This document shows, piece after piece, positions 53,760-64,000 of a DNA stretch of 64,000 nt. The notes below the pieces were generated by a model. The model ran no database searches. It was not told where the DNA came from and worked only from the letters and a program-made list of their open reading frames with translations. Made by a program: the position numbers and the translations under genes. Numbering within the stretch: position 1 is the first letter of the stretch; the number at the start of each line of letters is the position of its first letter. The stretch is from Octopus sinensis (taxonomy: Eukaryota): positions 162,688,001 through 162,752,000 of the forward strand of contig NC_042999.1 of the NCBI RefSeq assembly GCF_006345805.1, in the 5' to 3' direction.

Positions 53760-55270
53760 AAGTAACAGGAAGGACAAGAAGAAAGACAAAAAACCAAAAT
53801 ACCAAAGGGAAAATGAAGAAGCATAAGGATAGAAACTGTAAGTGCCCTGGTTGTATGAAAATTTTACTTAAATGGCACCTGCTGGCATGGAGAAATGGGA
53901 GAGGGCTGCAGCTTTGCCCATCCCATATCTCATCAGAACAACAAGGAGGGTAACCTGAAACAAAACCAGCAGAAACATAGAGGGAAATCATCAAGCATAG
54001 ATCTGCAGACTAACAGTACACCAACATGAAGAAACGTACCTCAAAAGAGATGGGAAAGAGACCAACTCATGGACTCTGCACCCCTCAAAAGACAATATGC
54101 AGAGGATGTATGAACTCCAGCTATCAAACAACAGTCTTTTTTTAACGTGGTCCTTCTCAGCGGCTGACATGGATGCACAGGATGAAAACTCAAAGCCATG
54201 CAATGTACAAGACCACCTCAGGTGACAAGCCCAGGATGGCCACCACTAACACCTATCCTGATATCATACCCATATTCCTGCTGAACATTGGAGGTCTGCT
54301 GCAACTCAGCAACAGAGGTAAAATTCTCTATCTAAAAGAGCTTGCTATATGGAATCAAGCAATATGCATGGCACTCACTGAAATGCATCTAGCTACTAAT
54401 GTAAGAGATGTGGAAGTGCATATACCAGGGTATGCTGTATTTTGTACAGACAGAAGAGAAAGAAGCCACAGTGGAGTTGCTATGTATATCTGTGAAGATG
54501 TCACACCTCTAGTATTACTGTCACACTCAAACTCAATTTGTGACACTTTAATAATATAAAGCAAGTTGATGTAGTTGTATGCACAATATATCGTCCACTG
54601 AATACCACAAAATATGATGGCAAATTTAAGGATAGCCTCAAACACATCGAAGAGATATTATCAAATGTATTAACAAACCTAGATCAGAATATCAACATAC
54701 TATTCCTGGGTGATTTCAGTGTCCCACATGTTAAAAGGCCAGAAGGCCACATCCTCTCTGGGACGTCACTGCATGAACAAAAGCATGTAGAGTCATTACT
54801 TGAACTTACTAATAAGCTGTTTATGGAGCAAGTGACACTCAGGCCAGCCAGGGGAGACATATTGGAACTATGCTTCACAAATAATGTGGACCTTATCCAT
54901 AATGTGAAGGTGATACCAACGGCACTCTCAGATCACAACATTGTTGAATTAACTATGTATGGCCCTGCGTGAACTATTGGTATCTACCCTATCAGGAGGA
55001 CTCAAGCTTTATCCAACCTGAATTTCAATAAGTAAAATGGGAATCAATCTGCAAAGAGATCCACAAACAAAACTGGTCCAACATTCTGTGTATGCAAGAC
55101 ATTGATTTGAAACTCAGCCAGTTTATGTCAACAGTGCAAGCTATATGCACTAAATATATCCAAGAAAGGCCAGCACACTGACAAACAAGATTACCAAGGA
55201 TAAAAAATTCTCATGAGGTGCAGGTCAAAGATCTCAAAGCAGCTGAATAGGCAACTGAAGGATAAAGGAA
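53760..55270 (+). mobile_element. Degenerate LINE 5' part: ORF1 end and APE endonuclease
   Basis: LLNIGGL, ALTEMHL, IPGY..DR..GVAMYI, LGDF, SDHN; many stops. Confidence 0.7.
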
Positions 55271-55945
55271 GAAACAAATTGGAAAACCTCAATACATCTC
55301 AGAGTGACAAAAAAATGAGCAAAGTACCAAGTGGTTGTGGGTTGTGCAAGAAACAAAAGCTAAATCTCCCTTAGATCATATGCTTTTTGTCTGAAAATCA
55401 TTTTGAAATTATGAACAGAAACAAACTGCAAATTCAGAATATCTGTTTTAAAACTATCATTTAAAAAATTCAAAAAAAGCCTAAATTCATGGAGGGGTAG
55501 TGCTAATGAATAAAATGTTTTTAAGATTTCCCTATTGTTTTTAAATTACATTTAATTTTCTGTTTGAAAATAAAGGCAGTGGGGATTGTAATGGTGATTA
55601 TCAGTTTTTTTTAAACCTTAATGGCTTCTGCCACTGTTTTTTAGTGCATAATGCAAAAAAAATAATAAATCAATAAACATAGTCCAAGATTGGTACTGAG
55701 TGGGGAGTAAGGTTTGAAGAAATTCTCTAATTTTCAAAACTTTTTTCACAAAACACTTCCCTCAATAATTTGTAAGGCTGTGGTAAATAAGAAAAATTGG
55801 AAAATTCCTCATCAAAACAGAGAAAATCTAACTTATGTAGGTGCGCTATTCTGAAAGTCCACCAAGGTATTGTATTGTGAAAATTACTTGGCAATGACGG
55901 AATACTTAGCTAGTGTGTGTTTGTGAGTGTGCGTATATATACATA

Positions 55946-57399
55946 TAGGATACAATGGCTAAATTGTTGCCATTTTATATTTTTAATTTTGTTGATTACG
56001 CAGTTATAGTAGGGTAAGTCAGGCACCATTTGTGAGAAAAATAGCACCATAACGTAATTCACTACGCCAGAAGTTTAGAAACTCCAATATGAACATTTCA
56101 GAGTGTTTGGGTGTTAATATGAGGTTAGTACAGAGGATTTGGAAAGAGTTGGATGAGTTTTAAGGTGATTACAAAGGTACAACAGCTTGGAAAACTCACT
56201 CTTGATTGTTCTGATCAGAAAAGAATTCCTGAATTTGTTGGTGAGATCCAAGCCATTATTGACAAGGATCCCTCCAAGTCAATCAGGGCCATCGCCAGGA
56301 ACATGAGAATGTCTGAGTTTCTTATCAGGCATGAAGACATTCAGTATTCCTCATACAAGATGAGAAAGAGACAATTTTTATCCCAAGCCATCAAGGACAA
56401 GAGGGAAGACCGTGCTACAAAGCTTTTGAACAAACTCAATCATACCTATTTCTTTACTACCCACAAGGGGCTAAACACAGAGGGGACAAACAAGGACAGA
56501 CAAACGGATTAAGTCGATTACATCGACCCCAGTGCATAACTGATACTTAATTTATCGACCCCGAAAGGATGAAAGGCAAAGTCGACCTCAGCGGAATTTG
56601 AACTCAGAACGTAACAGCGGACGAAATACCGCTCAGCATTTTGCCCGGCGTGCTAACGCTTCTGCCAGCTCCACCACCTCAAACTCAATCATACCCTCTA
56701 ACCAAACATGCTTTGGTTTCTCTCAGACGAGAAAAATTTCTGCTAAGATCAGACGGTGAACACACAGAACAACTGTTGGCTTGCTGTGTCCCCCAAACAT
56801 GTACCGAGAGTGATAAAAATCAAACATCCAGTTAACATCATGGTGTTTGGAGTGATCACTAGTGATGGTGACATTATGCCTACATTCATCTTCCCACACA
56901 GCCTCAGATTTAACACAGAGGTTTACATCAAGTGCCTGGAAGAGGTAGTGCTACCCTGGGTCAAAAGGGTGGCAGCTGGAACAGGACTCTGCACCATACC
57001 ACACAAGCAGGAGAACCCAGTGATGGCTGTCAGACAATTTCTGTGATCATATCACCCCTAACATCTGGCCACATAATTCCCCAGACTGCAACCCCCTTGA
57101 TTATTACGTGTGCGGTGCAGTTGAGCAACAGACCAACAAAACTCCTTGTAACACCAAAAATGAACTGAAGGCAAGGATTATGGCAGCATTCACCAACTTA
57201 AACAAGGAGACAGTCCAGAAGAATTGCAGGAGATTCTGAAGTTGTCTGGAGGCTGTGGTTGAAGCCAATGGCGATTTTATTGAATAAATATACTCTTTAG
57301 TATTTCAAGATATTTTGATGGTAAATATATCTGTTAAAATGAGATGTCAATGTTATTGTCATTTTTGCGTAATTTAGACAATTTATTCACCACATCCTG
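55946..57399 (+). mobile_element. Tc1/mariner element (maT/DD37D-like), degenerate, split by a SINE
   Basis: SDEK, MVFGVITSDG, SPDCNPLDY; imperfect ~25-bp TIRs flanked by TA. Confidence 0.72.
56447..56679 (-). mobile_element. SINE family S2 inside the Tc1-like element
   Basis: Perfect 16-bp TSD caaactcaatcatacc (56431-56446 and 56680-56695). Confidence 0.88.
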
Positions 57400-57720
57400 T
57401 ATATTTGTGTGTGTGTGTGTGTGTGTGTACATATACATACACACACATATATATGCGTGTATATAAATAGATAAATATATATATATATGCAACAACATAT
57501 GTAAACAAACTTTTTTTGTTTTCAGAAGCATCAAATGTGTATCATATTATACAGACAAGAAAGTTATATTTTGAATGCAGTACAGCCATGTAAACAGTAG
57601 AAAGATTAGGTATTATTACCCTTATGAAACAGAAAAAAGTTGTAAGCACAACTTTTTCCATCTTATTTAGGGGGAGGATTAATGACAAAAATTAAAAAGA
57701 GATTTCACTTTTGTTTTTAA

Positions 57721-57940
57721 CTCTTTCATTACTGTATTTATTCTAAAATGTTCTCTGTTTCTTTCTATTACTTTAAATATAAAAAAGAATTTAGTAAAGT
57801 ATCTTAGTTATCATTCAGCTAGTGTTAGGAATATAAATTGTGACTAAGGTTTGGTGGAAGATTTTAATTCAGAACTTTTTAAAACAAGACATTTGTACTC
57901 GGAGCCAGAGCCAGTTTCGGCCGGGTTGGTGACAAAAGGG
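57721..57940. mobile_element. piggyBac-type MITE
   Basis: TTAA flanks, AAAAGGG end; same size as 10662-10882. Confidence 0.55.
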
Positions 57941-59498
57941 TTAAATTACATTTCATTTTCTGTTTGAAAATAAAGGGAGTGGAGATTGTAATAGTGATTG
58001 TCAATTTCCAAAAATTTCTTTTATTTTATTTTTAGGTGCATAATGTAAAAAAAAAAATTGGCCAAAATTAGTACTGAGTAGGGGAGAAAGGTTTGAAAGA
58101 ATTCATAACTTTTCAAAACTTTTTTTTCATAAAATGCTTCCTCTCATCATTTGCAAGGATGTAGTGAAAAACAATTTGAAAAATCCCCATCAAAAAAGAA
58201 AAAAAATGCAACTTATGCCAAGGCATTCTATTGTGAAAACTGCCCAGCAATGACAAGATACTTGCAAACAACAAGAAATACGTAACAAGAAAAATGGAAA
58301 ACAGGACAAGACAGAGAAAAGACCCTTTATTTGTTGTTGGCTGTCTATCTACTCCTCATTTCAAACATTCTATAACAATATGAGTCTTCAAAGACAGTTG
58401 CTCCCATAAATTCTATGGAAGGTCAAAGTTAAGAACAAAAAAAATGGCAGTGGAGACATACAAGGAAACCAAATGGAAACAAATATGGAGAGTCATTAGA
58501 CCAGAATGAGGGGAAAATAGTGAACGCTGGGAGAAACATTTTTTTCCAAAGAGAAAAGATAGAAGAGAGAGAAAAAAACATGTCCGCTCTTCTAAACGTC
58601 CAAGCAGGAAAGAAAGATGGACAATGTCATGTGTGAGCAATGAGAGAGAAAGAAAGAAAGAGGGGAGAGAGAGAGAGTGAGACATAGAAAAGGTTGAAGT
58701 AGAGAGGGGCAGAAAAGGGAGTTATAGAAAGATGGAGGAAGAAAACAATATAGAGTAGTGTCGCATCAAAAAGGTGAAGATAAACTTACTTGGAAATGGA
58801 TGCGTCGTGTTCAATTAAATAATAAATATCATATATACACACACACACACACATATTTTACGGGACGTCACCAATGGTGCAAAACATGAATGATAATATT
58901 TTCAACAAAGACATTACAACTGTATCTGATAGTTCACATACTGTGCATGTATATATTTATTCTATTGCTGATATAATATTGTCATATAATACAACATGGA
59001 ATCAGTACTTCTAATATTATCACTCTAAAAAATGTGATAATGTTGAAAATTGCTATAATTCTTATAAATCCCTAGTTAATAGTTGATGAAGAGAATATCC
59101 TATAGAATATATCTTTGTTTTATCAGATGGGATTGTAAATAGCTGTCAGTCAACAGGAAACCCAAAAACTGATATGCAACACACTGAGATATCTCTTTAC
59201 TCCTTTAATCTGGGATATCATTTGTCTTGCACATTCATGTTGATGTTGTCTGCTCTCAGGGCCAGATAGTGTGAGATCAATTTAAGTCAGGAACACAAAC
59301 CATTCAACATTTTATTGAGGGATATAATAGCGGCCAAGAGCATATATTTTGGGTGTACTAAATGAATGCTACATCCACCAGTGGTAAATTTTCTATTTAA
59401 TAATTCTATTCTTGCAATATTCTGATATAATCTGATAATTTATTTTCAAATTTAATGGTACACACTCAGAAACAAAGATTAAATCTTGATGAAGTCAT

Positions 59499-59935
59499 TC
59501 ATCATCATCATCATCATCATTTAGCGTCCGCTTTCTATGCTAGCATGGATTGGACGGTTCAACTGGGGTCTGTGAAGCCAGAAGGCTGCATCAGGCCCAG
59601 TCTGATCTGGCAGTGTTTCTATGGCTGGATGCCCTTCCTAACGCCAACCACTCCGTGAGTGTAGTGGGTGCTTTTTACGTGCCACCCGCACAGGTGCCAG
59701 ACGGAGCTGGCAAACGGCCACGAACGGATGGTGCTTTTACGTGCCACCGGCACGGGGGCCAGGCAAGGCTGGCAACGGCCACGAATGGATGGTGCTACGT
59801 GTCACCGGCACAGGGGCCAGGCGAGGCTGGCAACGGACATGAACGGATGGTGCCTTTATGTGCCACCGGCACGGAGGCCAGTCGGGGTGGCACTGGCAAC
59901 GGCCACGATCGGATGGTTTGCTTAACCACAACTGC
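59499..59935 (-). mobile_element. Family R repeat
   Basis: Family match. Confidence 0.75.
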
Positions 59936-61001
59936 AATTTCCATTGATGTTGATCGACTTCGATTTTGTTATGTATACAAATAATCAAAAGTTTGATTTT
60001 GAATACGCCAGAGACTCAGCATAGTAGCATACCACATGACAAAAACCACCACTGTACACCACTGATGGAAGAGAGGATGAAAATTATAAGACTATATCAA
60101 ATAAAACTATAAACTGTCAGTTAGTGTTATTATATTTTTCAGTCTTTTGCCAGTGCAATACTAAACACTTGTAGCCAGAATGTAATGTTACTACTACTAC
60201 TGCAGCTGTTATGATCAACAAGCTTATTCTACATTAAAACAGAAAAAGTAGAACAAATTAGGTGAAGAACAGCAATTAAAATATTTTTCACCTCTCATTA
60301 ATGTAGCAAGTAAACACTCATTAACTTATTGACAAATAACTCAATACTCATTTATATAAACTAAATAAAGACTTATTTAGCCAAAGATCCTTCACTATCA
60401 TACAACTTTGCTTGTCAACTTTCTTCATTACTTGGGTGAGAGGAGAAAAAAATTGTTGTTTAGCCCCAGGGAAGCCCTGCTTGAGCAGACCTTTGAGCAG
60501 CATAAACCATTCCTCTCTTTTTTTTTTGTCTGACATAGGATATCTAGAACTACATGATACAGTGCCTGGTTCAAGATAGTAAGGAGATTTAGCTGCTAAT
60601 TCTAGCAGGTTGAAATAATTTCGTAGTGGCTTCTTGAAATCCTTAAACATAAGTTTTAGTTTCTTGATACAAAATCTTCATAAATAAATGTAATAACTAG
60701 ATTTTAAACAAGCTAATGAGAGTGCTTCTACATGATCCCTTAACCTGCTAGAAATATTAATCAAATCTCACTCAAATTACACCTTACCATGTCAAATAAA
60801 GAAATAAATAGGAAGAACAAACTGAATAATGTAATCCTACAATGTTTGAAAAAAATAGATAGGATAGTCATAACAAAAACGTTCTGAACATAGGACTAAT
60901 GCAGAGCTGAACAAAAGTGACCTTTCAATAAATTTTACTCAATGACATAATTCCCATTATTATTAATGACCACGCCTGGCACCTGTGTCGGTGGCACATA
61001 A

Positions 61002-61975
61002 ATAATAATGGTTTGCAAAATTCAGAAGTGGAGATTTCAGCCTTGAAGATGAAGATCAAACAGGACATCCAGTTGAGTTTGATGATAAGCTCCTTGAGGC
61101 ATTACTTGAAGAAAATCCTGCATTATCAGTTGAAGAATTGGCAATAAAGCTTAGTTCAAACCATACAACTGTTCATCATCATCTTCAACAACTTGGAAAG
61201 GTTCCTAAACTTGGAAAATGGGTGCCTCATGAATTGTCCGAAAGCAACCGCAAATCCCGAGTTGATATCTGCTCTTCTCTCCATTCTCGCGAACTCATTT
61301 CGCCCTTTTTGGATAGACTTGTGACTGGAAATGAAAAATGAATCTTCTATCAAAATGTTAAACATCGTAAACAGTGGCTTGGTAAAAGGGAAAAAGCTCA
61401 ACCACAACCGAGAAGGAAACTTCGTGGGAAAAAGGTTCTTTTCTCTATCTGGTGGGATTGCAAAAGAGTAATTCACTTTGAATTGTTACCACCTAATGCA
61501 ACAATCAATGCTCAAGTCTACTGTCAGCAATTAGAGCGTTTGAACCAAGCTTTGAAGAAAAAATGACCTGCTTTAGTGAATAAAAAAGGAGTGATGTTTC
61601 ATCAGGACAATGTGCAACCCCACACTGCAAAGATCACATCACAGAAGATCGAAAAGCTTGGTTGGGAAAAAAATTCTTTATATACCTTATTCTCCCGACC
61701 TTGCTCCTTCAGACTACCATTTGTTTTGTAGTTTACAGAATCATTTGGGGGACATAACTTTCACAAGCCAGAAGGTCGAAACTGACATTTCAGAGTTATT
61801 CACTTTGAAACCAAGAGAGTTTAACATTGATGGGATTAAAAAGTTTGTGAATAGACGGAAGGAAGTCATAGATAATCAGGGAAAGTACATTGATGATTAA
61901 ATTTCAATTAAATATAACATTTGATCATTTGTTTTCTTTATTCAAAATTCGGACAGAACTTATGGGACGACCTGA
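61002..61975 (+). mobile_element. mariner (DD34D-type) transposase remnant with 3' end
   Basis: WVPHEL, LVTGNEK, FHQDN, YSPDLAPSDYHLF; ends acctga followed by TA. Confidence 0.85.
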
Positions 61976-62928
61976 TATATTAACTGAGATAGCAAACTCT
62001 TATATGGTTTACTGAGAATTGTGGTTAGTGAAGTAGTATAAAACTGCTAAGATAAGTTTGGAACATTTGCTTGAGATATTTTTCTTGCAGCAGAACTTCA
62101 TTCACCAGCCTCTAAGCAAAGAATTATGCCATTCCTATATTCTGCATACTTTACCATTACTACAACAATCTCTACTCCTCAGAGCTAGCTAGTTGCATGC
62201 TTCCCTCATGAAAGCTCTATCAGTGTATCTATCTCCTTCCTGTGCTCCATGTTAACCACTTTCCTAGTACTTCCTCTCCTGAACAGAAACCCTCTGAAAT
62301 TACCTTTCCATTCAGGTTTTACCCCATGGACACCAATATAAAGTGGTTTAAACTGAACATTAATCATATTGATTTTGCCAGTATCTGGTAATAACCCTTC
62401 CTTTAAATCAAAACCATTAAAAACATTTTTTAATTATCCTTAGGTCTCAGTAACAAGAGTAGATTACCTAAATATTTCCTTATTAGCTTCCCCTTAAAAC
62501 ATACATTAAGACTTAAAATTTTTACTATAATACATACATGTCTGCATACAATAATGGGGGTTATACTTATCTAGAGAGGAAACCATATATTTATTGAAAT
62601 TGATACAGGTTTCATGTAGAATGGCTAAAATTATTTAAATACTTATTCCTACACCAGAAAGTTGTGAAGCAAGAACAGCAGCTTGCCACACTAAATCATT
62701 TACACTGTTTACTTTTGTTAGTCTACCTACAGGTTCAAATACTGCCAAAGTCTTCCATCTCTTTGAAGCCAGTAAAATAAAATCCCAAGCATGTATTGAA
62801 ATTTCACTCTCTTTCTGCCTTACAAATATTTTACCTTGTTTTTCTTATAAGAAATCAATATAAATTCAAACACATTTACTAACTGTGCATTTACAGAGTA
62901 GTGGAGTTTTTGTAAGAAAACAGTTATC

Positions 62929-63160
62929 TATTTCTTTACTACCCACAAGGGGCTAAACACAGAGAGGACAAACAAGGACAGACAAACGGATTAAGTCGAT
63001 TATATCGACCCCAGTTCGTAACTGGTACTTATTTAATCGACCCCGAAAGGATGAAAGGTAAAGTCAACCTCAGCGGAATTTGAACTCAGAGCGTAGCGAC
63101 AGACGAAATACCACTAAGCATTTCGCCCGGCGTGCTAACGTTTCTGCCAGCTCGCCACCT
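62929..63160 (-). mobile_element. SINE family S2
   Basis: TSD aaaa(c/t)agttatct; family match. Confidence 0.8.
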
Positions 63161-63665
63161 TAAAATAGTTATCTGCAAACTTAAGTAGACAGATGAGCAT
63201 AAAAAAATAGACTGATTTAATTTGACTGTCAAAATATTACAAATTGTATTAAGTGGTTCCCATGACATTAAAAAAAGTTTTGTAAAATATGATGCAATTT
63301 ATATAAAAAGGACAATAAATAAAAAAAGAGAAGTAAAAATAGCATGACTTGCACATAAACATGAAAGCTTTTTTGCATAAGGACCATCACTTCTACCTCT
63401 TAAATCTAACAGGCAGACAGTGGGACACCTACAACCATATTCTTACTCTTTTCTTCTTTCTCTGCCTGCTTGACATTTCTTTGTAAATCTTGAAAACCTA
63501 CTTTTGCAGCTTAATAATCTCTCTGTCGCTCTTCAACTTAGTAATTACAACAGCTGACATACAGCTAATGCACAAAATGAGTTCATTGACACTATCTTTT
63601 ACTCACTAGAAACTCTTTAAAGCTAAATTCTTTTGCAAACTATCAAGATTCCCTGAGCTGGTACT

Positions 63666-63960
63666 TCATCATCATCATCATCATTTAACGTCCGCTTTCC
63701 ATGCTAGCATGGGTTGGACGGTTCAACTGGGGTCTGGGCAGTGTTTCTACAGCTGGATGCCCTTCCTAACGCCAACCATTCCGAGAGTGTAGTGGGTGAT
63801 TTTATGTGTCACCGACACAGGTGCCAGTCGAGGCTGGCGAACGGCCACGATCGGATGGTGTTTTTTATGTGCCACCGACACAGGTGCCAGACGAGGCTGG
63901 CGAACGGCCACGCTCGGATGGTGTTTTTTATGTGCCACCGACACAGGTGCCAGACGAGGC
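63666..63960 (-). mobile_element. Family R repeat with ~62-bp tandem subunits
   Basis: Family match. Confidence 0.75.
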
Positions 63961-64000
63961 TTACTTATTTTTGGATATTGTAAACTTTAGGTTGTCGAAA

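Noticed and set aside
60348-60650. ORF MFKDFKKPLRNYF... as calpain exon 1
   Set aside because: No FEDPxFP or WKRP motif and no suitable donor; the first exon is probably beyond 64000

Overview
AT-rich, repeat-dense animal genomic DNA, most likely an octopod cephalopod (inferred from the SINE/RTE families and (TA)n/(CA)n density). The host gene is a calpain-5/TRA-3-like protease on the minus strand. Seven in-phase GT-AG coding exons were read by hand between 50530 and 10472, with an intact Cys/His/Asn triad; the first and last exons lie outside the window. Its introns hold two Penelope-like retroelements (PLEs; RT plus C-terminal GIY-YIG) with inverted pseudo-LTRs. They also hold CR1-like and RTE LINE pieces, an RT-less Gypsy derivative, hAT, mariner, Tc1-like and piggyBac-type remnants, three SINE families, long microsatellites and a 100-N gap. 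Main hunt result: six type I hammerhead ribozyme motifs from four different sequence families. Two motifs are in PLE-A and two in PLE-B. One orphan is attached to a 75-bp hairpin, and one decayed orphan sits at the edge of a 3.9-kb TA array. Two of the six lie on the calpain pre-mRNA strand. A 45-bp minisatellite is also open in frame with a calpain exon. Most ORFs in the supplied track (Y/I/H/T or C/V/M/Y runs) are microsatellite artefacts.
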